Positions 9,640-23,664 of a stretch of 64,000 nt of DNA are shown here, one piece after another. Position numbers and translations under genes: made by a program. Source of the stretch: Eledone cirrhosa (lineage: Eukaryota); the NCBI GenBank assembly GCA_964016885.1, contig OZ024740.1, forward strand, positions 42,904,001 to 42,968,000, given 5' to 3'. The notes under the pieces are model-generated. The model made no database searches and had not been told where the DNA came from. It saw nothing but the letters and a program-made list of their open reading frames with translations. The first letter of the stretch is position 1. Every line of letters starts with the position of its first letter.

Positions 9640-12545
9640 TTTAAAACCTATTGTCTTTTCTTTTTTAAATTAAAGAAAAGTTTTCAGGACACTTTGAGGA
9701 AATTTGGGGAAATATTCGGACTAAAATATTTTAGAAATTTGAAAATAAAATTTTTGAAGAATGTTTCGGGAAATGTTTAAACATTTTGAGAAAATTTGAA
9801 GAAACTTCTTGATGGACGTCTTTGAAAAATGTTGAAGAACGTTCTGATGAAAGTTTTGAAAATATCTATGAAGATCTTTGAAAAATTTAGGGAAAAATGT
9901 TTGAGACACTTTTAATAATTCCTTTTTTTTTTACACGTTACACATATTGCATTATCTGTTTGATTTCTATCACCGTAGACTATATCAGCACATTCACATT
10001 ATCCCCACTATCATCATCTCCAATAGGGTAGCCGGAATAAATTTTAAATTGTTTATATTCAAACGTGCCTTTGAATAAAAACGATATGAAATAAAAGTGA
10101 ATGCGCGATAGAGTGTAACAGATATTGCAGATGGTTTGATATATAAGGGACGAAAACTATTTATCAGTTATTGTAACTTTACAAATATTCCATCAACATT
10201 TTTCCCGTAACTTTCCTCATTATAGATTTTGATTTTCCTTAAAAATATCAAAAGATATTTACATCGATATTTCTTTTAAAAATCATCAAATTGTTTTCGA
10301 AATAAAATTCAGTAAAAATGTTCTCAAAAGTTTTCATTTCGTTTTTTTCCAAACTTTTTCTCGATGTTTCTGAAAATTTCCCTCAGAGGTTTTCCAAACA
10401 CTTTTCTCAAAATGTTCATCAACACATTTTAACTAATATTCTCTCAAGATTATTAACAAAATGATTCAAATTTTAACTAATATTCTCTCAAAGTTATTAA
10501 CAAAATGCTTCCATTGGTTTTCGAATAAATGTTTTCTAATTTAAATTAAAACTTTCTAAGATTTTAAAGGTTTACTCAAAAATATTCCACTAATTTTAAA
10601 AAAAATACATTCTTAAAAATGTTTCTTAAATTTCTCCAAAACCTTTCTCTCCTCAAATTGATTTTGAAAACTTACCCTGAAATATTTTCTCAAAACTTTC
10701 ACTAAACTTCTCAAAAAGATTACTTTATTATTATTACAAAATATATATTCAAATATTTCACAAAATTCTCACAAAATGAAGATTTTTGAAAATTAAAAAA
10801 AAATTGTAAATTACATTTTTTTCGAAACTTTTTCTGAATTTGTTTTTGAAAACTTTTCACAAATTTTTTCAAAAAGTTTTCTTAAATGTTTTTCTAAATT
10901 TTCTATTATAAATGAAATTCACTCTCTCACATTGTTTTTAATGGTTTTCAAAAAATGTATTTTTAATTTCGTTTAAATATTTCTCGAATTTTACTGGATA
11001 TTTTCTCAAAAACCTTTTAGATCAAAGCCTTTGTGAATATTTTAATCAATGCTTCTTTAAAAGATTATTACATGTTTCATGAGTAACATTTAAATTTTAT
11101 TTTTGCATAATTTTCTTTGTAAGTTTCCTAAATTTTAGTCAGCAATCTTATTAAAATTGCTCTTAATGAATTTTTCTTCCAGAAAATGACACAAAACTTT
11201 TCTCAAATGTTTCTCCTCCAAAGGTTTTCAAAAGTCTCTTCAAAATATTTCTCAAAATGTTCAACAAACTTCAGCGAAATTTTAAATTTCTAAAAATCTT
11301 TTAATGCATATTTCCTGGGTAACTTTGACATATTTGTCTTCCTCATGCAATCGAAATTCGTCTCATTTTACACCACAAATTTTGTTCAAAATATTAAAAG
11401 ATTTTCATCAAAATTCTTCAATCATTCCATCCAAAATGTTCATTAAGCATTTCTAGCAATTTTCAACAAACTTTTTTCATGATTTTCTAGGAATTTGTTT
11501 TCCCGAAAATTTTCCAAATAATTCCACCAAATATTTTCCCGCAACAATTCACAAACAAATTTTTTAAAGAGTTTCAAAATTAAAAAAAAAGATTTTTCTG
11601 AAAGGTTTTGGAAAGTTTCTGTTACATTCTTATCAAAATGTTTCGAAATTTTTCACTAAAATTGAAAAATGTTCCTGAAAATTGTTTCTCAAATATTTTA
11701 CTTAAATCTTTCTTTAGAATTTTATCAAAGCATATCCGAAAAACTTTTATCAGTATATTTCAAAAGTTTTACTCAAAAGTTTCACAATATGTAAGTGTTT
11801 TGAAAAAAAATAGTCACAAATTTTTCTTCAAAATTTTTCAAAATATTTCCTATACGATTTCTCAAATATTTTAGTCAAAATTATCTAAAAAAATTTCAAA
11901 AACATTTTCTCAAAATATTTTGAAACCTTTTCAGGAAAATTTTTATTTTTATTCATTTTCCTAAAATATAATCGTAATTTTTCTTTTAAATCATCAAAAT
12001 TTCTTTAAAGTTTTATTTTGTAAAATTGTTGTACAAATATTCCAAATAGGAATCGAGAAACATTTTTGAAAAATTTGTGAAATTTTTTATAGATGTTTTG
12101 TGAAATGTTTTCGAAAGCATTTTTATAAAATTTTAATGAGTAGTTTTTTCTCAAAATGTTTTTGAGAAAATGTTCATTCAAAGTTTAGTAACATTTTAAT
12201 GAAAATTAGGAAAAAAAGTTTTTTTTCATAAACTATTGAGAGTACCTTGTGAGAAAATATTTGTTGAATTTATTATGATAAAAATCTTTGAACAACAGCT
12301 TTAGAAAGACCTTGGGTAAAAATGTGCGAGGAATATTCGTGAAAATATGGAAAACTTTCGAATCAATATAACAAGTACATACTTTGAAAAAACTTTTTAC
12401 TGGAAATTTTTTCGGAAACGTTTTGATGATATTTTAAAGAAAATATTGAAACAAACTTTTGTGAAATTTTAAGGGAAAATCTCTTTAAATGTTGAATTAC
12501 TTGTTAAATTACTTGGGAAAAGTTATAATGAAAGTCTGTAAAATA
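9640..12545. repeat. Degenerate AT-rich short-unit array (ttttctcaaaa-like) in alternating orientation blocks
   Basis: 9640-9915 and 12050-12545 are rich in ttttgagaaaa; 10190-12040 is rich in ttttctcaaaa. Confidence 0.7.
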
Positions 12546-12869
12546 TTTAACAATAATACAAACATAATTGGTTGTTTGGGACCATTAAACACCTTCACTT
12601 TAAATTGTCATTCAAACCTAACCATCTGCACTCTCTCTTACAATTTTCCTTTATCGAGCGGTATTCCTCATTCCATATCCAACAATTGTCCAATACACAT
12701 ATATTGTTCCCTCTATATCAGACTATATTGGTGGCTTTGATGACGTTACATTTTGCATGGCTGTTGACTATGATATCTATTTTCTGTATATTTCGTTTTA
12801 GTTGCAACTTTCATTTCACTGTTTAGTTCATTTAAATTTAATTCTATTTCTTTCACAGAGAGATTCATA

Positions 12870-13210
12870 ACTGAAACCTTGAACAACACAAGGAAATATG
12901 GAAAATTATGTTGTGAAGAATCATTACAAAGAGAAACAAGAATAACAGTTATATTAAAGAATATTAGGAACAAAAAATGGAAGTCACTTTGGGTTTTTGG
13001 CAGGATCAAATGACAGCAGATGAATAAATCTATGAATACAAAGGAGAATGAATAAATCAATTTCAGTTAGCCGGAGGAAATACATGACGGCATATCGGAA
13101 TGAGATCGAATAATTTATGAATGTTACATCGAAGCAATCAGTACTTAAAGAAAAAATTGAGATCTGCTTCAAAGGTTTTCATCTTGCAGTGGATAGATAA
13201 TTAATGAGAA
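12870..13210 (+). mobile_element. Ancient RTE-like LINE 3' end fragment
   Basis: Degenerate IRNKKW..GFLAGSNDSR..YRNEI and terminal FILQWIDN, resembling an RTE C-terminus. Confidence 0.4.
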
Positions 13211-13461
13211 ATATATTTATTTTAAATATTTAATGTAAGTCTTATTTATCTCTATGCATCACACAAAATATACATTCACATTTATTTATTTATTTACATT
13301 TCTATCTCTATATTCTTAGGGAGTCTGTATGATGTCGTTCCACATAAAAAGATAACATCAAATCATAGTGTATCGTCCTAGGAAATGAAGGTAAAATTGA
13401 ATTAAATTCTGGCATTCAGTCGGTTATGACACGCTTAATTAAAACAAATTTCTCAGGGAGA

Positions 13462-13620
13462 ATGTGCCACAGTTTGTACAACTCATTTTGGCTAGCTGAG
13501 TGAACTGCAGCAAACTGAAATAAAGTGGCTTGCTCAAGGTCAAAATGTGCGGCCGGGAATCGAAATCGTGACCTTAGGATCATGAACCGAATACACTAAA
13601 CCCTAAGCCACCCACCTTCA
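13462..13620 (-). mobile_element. CORE-type SINE (family 2)
   Basis: Reverse complement: tggcttagggt (A box-like), atttcgattcc (B box), gaccttgagcaagccactttatttcagtttgctgcagttcactcagct. Confidence 0.75.
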
Positions 13621-13791
13621 CAATGGAATTTTAGACATCTTTAAAATATCTGTATGGCTACCACTGGCATACCTTTAAACATATGCTTGCTCAACTGGGA
13701 AAATAAATATAATAATAAAAGAAAGAAAGAAAGATAATAATAAAAAAATAAATATGGTTACAAAAATACGCATGGAGTATATTGTTGAATC

Positions 13792-13834
<43 letters not shown>

Positions 13835-13837
<3 letters not shown>

Positions 13838-14135
13838 AAAGCAAGATGGCGTAGGACAGAAAAAGAAGATGGTGTAGGAAACAAAAACAATGGCGTAGGA
13901 CAGAACAAAGGAGAGGCACAAAACAAAGAGAATAATCCCCAGTACTGAAGAGGTCACAGAATGTATGACGAAAGAACTTTGACAATATATGAACAACCGT
14001 CCGGTTGTGGAACCAACCAACCAACCAACCGGAAATTTATAAATTCTTAAATTTATAAATTTAATTTATAATAAATTGGAGTGAAAGCATCTGGTGCATG
14101 TGTTTCTTATTGGCAACATGACCCTCCCAAAGTAT

Positions 14136-14138
<3 letters not shown>
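13835..14138 (+). mobile_element. pLTR-like non-coding element with decayed HHR (13941-13983); homologous to 47330-47545
   Basis: agta CTGAAGA ggtca..tgac GAAA gaa CTT tgac; (TA)n on both sides. Confidence 0.65.
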
Positions 14139-14228
<90 letters not shown>

Positions 14229-14806
14229 ATGAAATATATATATTTTTACACACTAGTATATGTTCTTTAATATCTAATTCCACAAGAAAATGTGAAGGAT
14301 TCTCAATAGATATTTTTATCTGAAAGATTATTCTTAATGCTTTCGCATTAGAGTATATAGCTGAGGTAATCCGACTTATATGGCGTATAATTTTTAAATA
14401 ATATGTCCCCTAGCATATCTCAATCTGAAGCTCTCATAACATTCATTTCTGTTCTTGCCTACTTTGGCTATTTTTACGTGAGCAATAGTAATATTTCTAT
14501 TACTTTTATTGATAAAAGTAATACTAATACTAATATTTCTATTATTTTTATTGATAAAACCAAACAGGCAAAACGTTTTCTCTATCACAGATGCCCCTTT
14601 CTTATTTTGGGTGTCACTGATTCCCCTTTCCTAGTTCGAAGGTACTAATGATGGTCTTTTCCTTTTTTAGTGAGAAAACTACTAAATAGAGGTCTTTCAC
14701 GGGATAATGTTCATGCTGGTTACATCGTCCAGTGTCCTGTTGCTTAATTCAAATCAGCACACAATACATATACATACATATATACATACACACGAACACG
14801 CAGACA

Positions 14807-14894
<88 letters not shown>

Positions 14895-15148
14895 CCAATG
14901 GTGTAAATATGTGGTGCACTATTTAAACACATAAATAAAACAGTGCACACATGCACTTCATAAGTCTTTATATATCAAGTTCAATGGCTTCTATAGGAAA
15001 ATGAGTGATCCCTAATTATGATGTAAGGATCATGTCTCCTCTTCGACGGTGATAAATGACAGCTACCTATAACTACTGATTAACGATCAGGCCGAAAGGC
15101 GTTTGTCTCTTATTCTATGGTGCCTACCACATTTCCAGGTAAAATTTA

Positions 15149-15352
15149 TTTCTAACATTCGCACAAGATCAGCAATTTAGAGGTGAGGGCGAGTCAACTG
15201 CATTGACACCAGTACTTAATTGATAAATTATTTTATCGTCCCAAGAAGGCTGGAAAGCAATGATGAAATAGGCGGGATTTGAACTCAGAAGGTAGTCGTT
15301 GTTAAATATTTTCTCCGACTCTCTACAGATACTGCCAATCTACATCCAACTA
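15149..15352 (-). mobile_element. SINE family 1, degenerate
   Basis: ggcgggatttgaactcag and gatactgccaatc match the reverse complement of the family. Confidence 0.7.
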
Positions 15353-15954
15353 ATAATATGTACGCTCATATCGATTTACTAATGTTTCGTTATTGTTTAT
15401 TTTCTTAATAATTTGCTCGGTAATTTTCTACTAAATTTCAATATAAATATTCGAATTATGTGATAAGTATCTTGTTTCTGAAAGATTCGTTAGTAATTCG
15501 CAAGCGTTAAACATTATTTCTATCATTGTATGTGTCATACAGCAATATTTCTCGTATATCTATGCGGTTATGTCTGAGTTATGCAAAGTTGATTTGCAGA
15601 AAATCTTTATCTTGTATATAATACTTCACTCATCAAAGAAAACATTTAATGGAAGGTGAGAAGTTAATAAAATATTTCTTTAATAAATACAGATAAAAGA
15701 GTGTCCAGTTATTAATATCACTAATATTTTCATTCTGATGAATACACCTAAAAAATATAGAATGTAATTTAATGCATATCTAAATGTTTTTTTTTATAAT
15801 TTATTTTTACATTAAACTTTGTAAATAATATACACGCTTTCATATATTTAACAGTAAATTCTATTCGTAAGTAGATGATGTCTCAGATGGATATATGTTT
15901 TAACAAATTTTCTTATTCCACGCGAATAAAATACACTCTTGATTGATAACTAGA

Positions 15955-16428
15955 TGACTCTCTGGACTCTTTCGGCCTCCACCCGCTTTCCTATCGCCAC
16001 AATGCCGGCCGCCTTCCACGCCATGTTGCCCTCAGCGAGGTCATAAAGCATGGCTTGGACGCTGCAGGCTCCCCTTCCCAGCTCGAGCCGGTGGAGCTGG
16101 ACCGAGGGGACGGCAAAAGCCAGATGGCATGATCATCTTCCCGTTCCGTGGTGGCAAACCCCTCGTCTGGGATGCCACATGCAGCGACACTTTCTCCAGC
16201 CGCAACCTGGTGCAGTCTGCGACTAACTCAGGTTCTGCTGCACGTCAGGCTGAGGAGGCCAAACTCTCCAAATACCGGTCGCTCTCCGACAGATTTGCGG
16301 TCGTACCCTTGGCAGTGGAGACTTCTGGTGTCTTCAGCCCTAGGGCTACATCCCTACTCACAAGCATAGGCGCTGAGCTGGCCAGCCGCAGGTGTAAGCC
16401 TCGCGAGCTGAAATGGCTTTTCAATAAC
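15955..16428 (+). mobile_element. CRE-clade non-LTR retrotransposon fragment (restriction-like endonuclease region)
   Basis: RHVALSEVIK..LEPVELDRGDGK../DGMIIFPFRGGKPLVWDATCSDT..AEEAKLSKY..PLAVETSGV; frameshift near 16120; high GC. Confidence 0.8.
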
Positions 16429-17059
16429 GAGGTGTAGAGAACCACTAGAGTGGATAATATATAGTCTACGAAAAATGTGGAAAATATATAATAATTAAAA
16501 GGTAAATTAAAATGTACAAACCCATTTATATAAGTATAAAACACCTGGACAATCTCAAAGAAGAGAATGTTTTGCCATAAACAGTGTTGACACCATACCT
16601 TCTCAGGGCTCGTCAACAGGTGTAAAAAAGATATAGCGTGGTAGACTTTATATTCTCTACTCTAGTGGTGCACTAGCCCTCATAATTGAAACATACGCAT
16701 TTTTGTGTTTTCTTCTCCGTATACTGTATTATGAAGAGCCCGGTACTTATTCCTTGAGTTCATTAAATTACAGGGGATTAACGCAAGTCTTTAACTCCGT
16801 TTTTTACTTGATATATATATATATATATATATAGTAAGGGGCATTAGAAGAGGTAAATATTTATATTATACTAGCGGAGCTACCCGGCTTCGCTCAGTGT
16901 TAAAAAGCTTATTTAGAAAAGAATAATATTAACATTTTAATCGTTATTTAAAAACTTCTGTAATTTAGTTTCTATTTTTTAGATTTTAACATTTATCTTT
17001 AAATGACTGAATGACTGACGAATTTAAAGAAAATTCGTTATAAGAACATTTAATTTGTT

Positions 17060-18920
17060 TTACTGAAGTGCTTTTGGATACACAATGTTTTTTTGTTTTT
17101 CCTTCTGGTGCGTACACGAATAAATCAGAAGGTTTACCGACGCGTGAGAAAGCCACATACAGCTGTCCATGTGAGAAGCATGGATTTTCTAAATTTAGTC
17201 CACACACTTGTAGCGATTGTCATTGTGCTTTGTTGATAGTCATTGCAAAGGCGAGTCGCACCGGAAACTGCAAACGTTTGAAATCGAATGGCGTATCTGT
17301 TGGAATGATTGGGATGCGTGGCAAGAGTACATCTTCTCCTTTAAATTTTCCATTTAAAATTGTAGCCTCGATGATATTGTTCATCGTCTTTTTCACTGAA
17401 AGTCTGGTACCGTTGCAAAGTTGTGGTGGATTGATGTTTCGGAGAAGGATGATAGGCACGCCAATTTTCAATGTTAAAATGTGCGGTGGCATGCCTGGCA
17501 AATCAAGTGAATTCAAGAATTCAATTGGATAATTGATAATTTCATCTTGATTCATTACAGTATCGATGGACTTATACGTTATCGCTTCACCTGGTATTTC
17601 GTTTTGAATGCTGAAATTAATGGCATTGACATCGGTGTTTTTGGCTGCTAATATAGCACGTACACTGAGCCACTGATGATTTTTGTAATGCTGCGCAATA
17701 TTTGGGAACACTTTGTGAATCAGTTCGTCTCTGGTTGCCGTGATTCTACAGAAGTTTGTTGGCAATGTGATACATTTTGTGGAATCATCGATTACCATTT
17801 TCCCATTCCCAATATCCAGCAATTGTTTTGTGAAACGTTCAGCGGATGCGTCATTTTGTAGTTGTACACGCATATTGTTTTTGAAAGTTAATTTCTGTAC
17901 GTGTCGCCATAAAACTGATGATTTGAGACATGCATTAAGCTCATCAGCGGGTGTTGATCGCGGTATAACTGGTAGAGTTTGTCGAAAATCACCAGACAAT
18001 AAAATGAGAGTGACACCGAAGAGCTGTTCATTTCCTTTCAAATCTTTTAGCGTATTATTAAGCGCTTCCAATGATTTTTTGTGCGCCATAGTACATTCGT
18101 CCCATATAATGATTTTACATGATTGGAGTACTTTACCTATACCAGAATTTTTGGTAATATTGCATGTTGATGTCTCAGCGATTTGCATATTCAATGGCAA
18201 TTTCAGGGCTGAATGTGCTGTTCGGCCACCATCTAAAAGAGTTGCCGCAATTCCAGATGATGCGATTGCCAGTGCAATATTATTTTCTGATCGTATAGTT
18301 GCCAAAATAAGTGAAATGAGAAAAGTTTTGCCTGTACCACCGGGCGCATCTATAAAATACAATCCGCCGCTTTGACTTATAATTGCCTGCATAATTTGGT
18401 CATATACTATGCGTTGTTCTGGTAGCAATTTGGGAAGATTCGTTTGAACAAATGTACCCAATTCGGCGACATCAAAGTTTGTTTCTCGTTGCAAATCACG
18501 ATCGAAAATGTCGTTTACAGATCGATTCGGCGCAGGCATTCCCAATTGTACCAATGTTTTGTTAGCGATTGCTAAACATATGACCTCAATGGAAACCAAT
18601 GCTTCATTATACACATTTGGTGTGAATTGAATATTCATATTTTGATTTGTTGCACGCAAACGATGTAGGATGTCTTCACTCATGTAGTCTTTATATTTTT
18701 CCCAAAGATCTTTTGGATTTGATGGGAAGCACGTTGTCAATATTATTGAGACTAATGTGCGTATTTGCTTTGGTCGAGCAGTATTCGATGCATCAGCGAG
18801 TGAAGTGTCCCAATGTCCATCATTTTCAAGAAGATTTAATTCTTGGCAAGCTTCACGATAAGTGGCACATACTTGACCGTTTACTGTTCTCAATTCTTGG
18901 AATGATGTCGGTCCACGTAT
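17060..18920 (-). pseudogene. PIF1-family helicase of Helitron 1
   Basis: IDAPGGTGKTF, IIWDECTMAHK, GDFRQTLPV, LCNGTRL, FAMTINKAQ*QSL, HGQLYVAFSRV; premature stop at 17220 and terminal frameshift. Confidence 0.93.
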
Positions 18921-19048
18921 GTGTCCAGGTCAGGAAAATAAGGACAGACGAAATGAAGATATCAAATTACAGCACTTAGTTAAGGGCTAGCTGAAAAAGA
19001 ATTCCCTGTAATGGGAGTGGAAGGGAAGTAATGTGAAACAGACACTAT

Positions 19049-19160
19049 ACTAATTCTATTGAAATTATATTAAATTAAAGAGAGAATTTACTAATTCTAT
19101 TGAAATTATATTAAATTAAAGAGAGAATACTAATTCTATTGAAATTATCTTTAATTAAAA
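19049..19160. repeat. ~40-bp tandem repeat x3 inside Helitron 1 5' region
   Basis: actaattctattgaaattatattaaattaaagagagaat repeated. Confidence 0.9.
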
Positions 19161-19829
19161 AAATTTCACACTCGCTCTTTCACTCACTCTTTGTCTATAC
19201 GTTGATTTCTCTTTCTCCGTTTATAGCACTCTCTCTTTGTCTATACGTTGCTCTTTCACTCTCTCTTTGTCTATACGTTGATTTCTCTTTCTCCGTTTAT
19301 AACTTTAGAGACAGTCTAATATAGGGAGTGGTTCAAAGCAGCCAGACTACTCGCTCTTTCACTCTCTGTTTGAATATACGTTTATTTCTCTTTCTCCGTT
19401 TATATTTTTAGACAAACAAACAAACATACATTCATTTTTATATATATAGATTATTTAATTTATTTTGAAAAATTGGTTGAATTTTACTTGTTCTGCTTAT
19501 CTTAATATTAATGTTCTGGTATATCAAATTAATACCATTGAACAACCTTGAATCATAGACAACATATGTATTTCTAGGGGTACTTAGTATCTTTGGACAT
19601 ATTAACTTCATTCATTATACTCCGTTATGTAGAGAACAAATCTGTTGTTCTATTTAGCTGCTATTTTTTTTAGTAGTAATTATAGACAGCAAGTCTGTGG
19701 TTATTCCGCTTTTACTTCGGTCCGGTTTACATACGGGTCACTTTTACGACCTTTCAGACCTGTATTAGCTGGCAGGAGGTCATATATTTTATCGTTCCTG
19801 GGTCGTTTAGCCCTAGAAAAGGAAAATGC

Positions 19830-19907
19830 TTCTCTGATGAGCTTTGGTTTTCCATCAGATATCCATTGGATTCTGGGGTTTTACAAAGCGAAACTGATCA
19901 GTAAGGG
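19830..19907 (+). ncRNA. Type I hammerhead ribozyme, apparently intact
   Basis: ttct CTGATGA gctttg..caaagc GAAA ctgatca GTA aggg; stem III palindrome actgatcagt; predicted cleavage after 19903. Confidence 0.88.
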
Positions 19908-19991
19908 CCATTAGAAGAGGTAAATATTTATATTATATTTTTTAATTTATTTTGAAAAATTGGTTGAATTTTACTTGTTCTGCTTATCTTA

Positions 19992-20113
<122 letters not shown>

Positions 20114-20396
20114 TGCATTGGTATATCTCTTACAACATATTTGTATGTATAGTCGGCTGTGTAGTCATTGTTGTAGTTGTATGAAATTCAGGGCATTTTC
20201 ACGTAATGGAGGAATGAGGGAGAACACATAGACGAGACATAAGAGGTGTGCCCTATAGGGAGCTGAAAGGAAGAAATTAAAACAAATAAACGAGATAAAA
20301 CCTGTTTAAAATGTATACGTTTTGTGATTTATTGTTCGTTTAGGCGAAGATAGAGATATAGATAGGGGTGTATGTGAACGTTAAGGTTAGAATTAA

Positions 20397-20485
<89 letters not shown>

Positions 20486-21030
20486 GACATTTATATATAT
20501 AAGTTGTGTCATCCTGATGTTTTATTGATGTTTATAAATTATTTTGGACTTACTAGTTGAAGATTTATCTTATCTCTGTATTGGAGGTAGAAAAATAGAG
20601 TGGTATTCCCATTTAGTACTCCAGATGCATAAAACACATTCTAATTGTCCCAAGGTATACGTCTGATCTCTATGTTGTCAAGATGTCTGGAGGAATCTTT
20701 AAATAGAAGAACTACTTTTACTTTCGTGCTTTGTTACTATTTGGAGTAATAACCTAATAGATTTAGTCTATCTTACTTTACTGTTTACCCAGCCTCTATT
20801 ATATTTTTTGGATATGTATCACTTAAAAAGGTGGAAATATATGTATTCGTTGCCTAGACTAAATGAAGTATATATCTATCTTTCTTTATATTTTTCCATT
20901 TGATGCATTCAATTTGATGCATCAATAGGAAGAGAATGCAACTAGAAGGAATGGACATCAAGTTCCAAACTCATCCATATTCTCAAACGTTCTATTCATT
21001 TTTTTTATTCATTAGAAGTTATTTTCCGTT

Positions 21031-21228
21031 TGTGGATTGGTAGTAACAGTAGTGTCGGACAACATGCTTTATATCATAGAGTTACGGCCTTTTACGATCC
21101 TAGATCAAATTAGCTTTGCCTTTTATCCTTATGGGGTCGATAAAATAAAGTACCAGTGATGCACTGGGGTGGATTTAATCGAGTTCTCTCCCCTAAAATT
21201 GTTGGTCTTTTCCCTAAATCAGAAACCA
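21031..21228 (+). mobile_element. SINE family 1 variant
   Basis: gtggattggtagt..ctttgccttttatccttatggggtcgataaaataaagtaccagt. Confidence 0.8.
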
Positions 21229-21421
21229 AATTTTATCAAGTTCCTTGCCATTACATTTAATATTCTTTTCCATTTCAGTTATAGAAAATAATGTCTAGTT
21301 AAATTAAACATTAGATATTCAAAATCAAGATTGCATTGTAAGTGCTCATAGTAATTTATGTTAGCTTGGGCTCGGTCTTAACAAATTTACACACTTAATT
21401 TCATTTTCAGAGATTTATCAA

Positions 21422-21560
21422 AGTATTACTACCTCGAGGACGCACCCTAATTTTGACAACTAAAAATTAAAAAAAGAAATAATAAACAACCTTCGGCCTC
21501 CAGGACGCATGGTAGATTTTTGAGACCTATTTTAGGAAAAAAGTAGCGGGAAATACGGTA
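21422..21560. mobile_element. Tc1/mariner(pogo)-like MITE remnant
   Basis: Right end gaaatacggTA; two internal aggacgca motifs; left TIR degraded. Confidence 0.45.
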
Positions 21561-22845
21561 CATTAAGAAAAAAATCTATTTGAAGTTTCTAATGGATTTG
21601 ATGTTGTTTGTATGAAAAAGGGAAACAAACTAAAATTAAGTTGTTCAAAAATTCCGTTCCTTAAATATGAATATATATTCGTCATATGAACTTTGAAAAC
21701 ATTGGTAATAATTATAATTACAATAAAATAGTGGTGTTTTGTAGTTCAGTCAACTATTTGTGATAATGGTTGTATAAAATAAAAGGAGAATTAATCAGAT
21801 TTTAAGTTTGAATATTTTCGGATCATGTTCATTAACTAAATTATTGAAACCTTCTCTCGAACTATCAATCCGAATGTTTCTATGTTGCAACATACATCTT
21901 GTAATGAACATGATATTGAGAAAGGCAAAAGGATGGAACATTTAATCAAGCTGAGGCCAAGTCAACTATAGATGAAAGGATTTACCAACTGCCTTAACAG
22001 CGATGTTATAAAAGAGGCTTTCTATATTCCTTACTCGCTTTCTTACTCTTCAAATTAATACATTGTGAATATATCGTACAACGTTTTGTTTACTGTAATC
22101 GAAAGCCTACATGAATTGAATGTTCCCCTCGGCTTCATAATTGGCTTTACTATGAAGTATCTTCTGTTTCATACATTTCCCTATTGGGAGAATTTCATTT
22201 CCGTCGAAAGGCAATGTATTTCGGTTTTCCTTGTTTCCAACTTATCCTGTGTTATCAATTCTCTGCACCTCTCAAAGCTGGCCGTATTTGTTTTTCAGGT
22301 TTGCTTCAGGACTTTGTTCGCAATCGACTACTCTGTATTTGGACATACAATTTCTGCTGTCACCGATGTATGTAAGCATTCATAAAAAGATTATTAATGC
22401 TATATTCCTTCAGAATAATCGTAGGTTAAAATCCTTGTTTAAAGTAGATGATTTGTATATATACTTTCTATAAAATTCCCTTTTGCTAACGTTTTTTCTC
22501 AAGGGCTCTGTAACTCTGAACTAGCTCTTTGTATACCATCTTCACATAGGTTTATATGACGCTTATCTATATATCATACATTATATGAGGTGCGCTCATG
22601 ACCCGCAGTAATCACTTTAGGCAAGCTTTTTACCAAGATTGTCAACCCTCTGGAATTACGTCTTTCCTTTTGCTTAGTTTTCAACGTTTCTTAGAAATGT
22701 CCATAGCGAATATCAATTGTATCAATCACAACAGTCTTGGTAGATTGATTAACTGTGTTAGCTATTTAGTAAACTATTAAATCAATCAATAAAGAATGAT
22801 AATTTGCATCATTATTGCCTCCGAATCTCTATTATTATGTCTTCA

Positions 22846-23034
22846 GGGCGGTGGATTGGCAGTATCGGTAGAGGGTCGGACGCCATGCTTTGACGCATAG
22901 ATTTACGGCCCTTTCCATTCTGAATTCAAATCCCGCCGAGGTTAACTTTGCCTTTCATCTTTACGGGGTCAATAAAATAAAGTACCAGTAATTCACTAGG
23001 TAATTGCTGGCCTTGTGCCAAAAGTAGAAACAAT
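22846..23034 (+). mobile_element. tRNA-derived SINE family 1, full length
   Basis: A box-like tggcagtatcgg, B box-like attcaaatcc, conserved body; probable TSD attattatgtct / attgttatgtct. Confidence 0.9.
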
Positions 23035-23664
23035 TGTTATGTCTGATGTTACTTACCTCAACTACATCGCTTGTTGTTTATCATTCTTTTTATCTTTCTC
23101 GCTATTTGCATTATTTCTCGTTCCTTATGGGATACTTCTCTTATATATTTCTTTATTTTTTATTTAGGTACCTTTGTATTTTATCTTAAGTTAATTTATT
23201 GTATGGACGAGATACACTGAAGAAGGTTTGAGACTTTTTATCTTTTCAGACACCTTTAATTGACTTAGGTAACTGCCACTGTAATACATCCTTGAAATGT
23301 TTATAGTGAGCTAACATGCCAAATCGTTTTCCCAGGGTGAGGGTTTGGGCAGCTAGAACACTACAGATACTACCCGTCCCTACGTCTTGTCTTAGCGGAC
23401 TTGTTCCACAATGCAGTCGGGACGTACAGACAACATGGAGGCCCGTTATGCAATAAAGTTTTGAGTCAAGCTCAAATGATTGGATGTATAACTCCCTTGA
23501 AACATGTGTAAGGAAATAAATATGGTGTAAAAGATAAAATATAATCTTCCCGTCTTGTTAATATATAAATGTAGAAGATGTGGATGTATGTAGGTGCGTA
23601 TCAGCGTATCAACCAAGCTATAAATGATGGTATTTATCTGTTGAGTTCTCATCCGTTTTAGACA

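Larger units (their letters stand above)
16871..19450 (-). mobile_element. Helitron 1, both termini present, internally deleted (Rep lost)
   Basis: Minus strand starts TCTATATATA at 19450 and ends cactgagcgaagccgggtagctccgCTAG at 16871; inserted between A and T with no TSD; empty site visible in the paralogous repeat at 19937/19938. Confidence 0.93.

Noticed and set aside
15077-15105. CTGATTA..GAAA motif
   Set aside because: Stems I and II do not pair
17060-18920. Host PIF1 helicase gene
   Set aside because: Intronless, disrupted and enclosed by Helitron termini
22299-22371. Possible host exon (ttttcag..gtatgt/gtaagc)
   Set aside because: Splice-like ends only; no recognisable protein or partner exons
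23217-23275. CTGAAGA followed by a hairpin
   Set aside because: No GAAA, stem III or stem I partner
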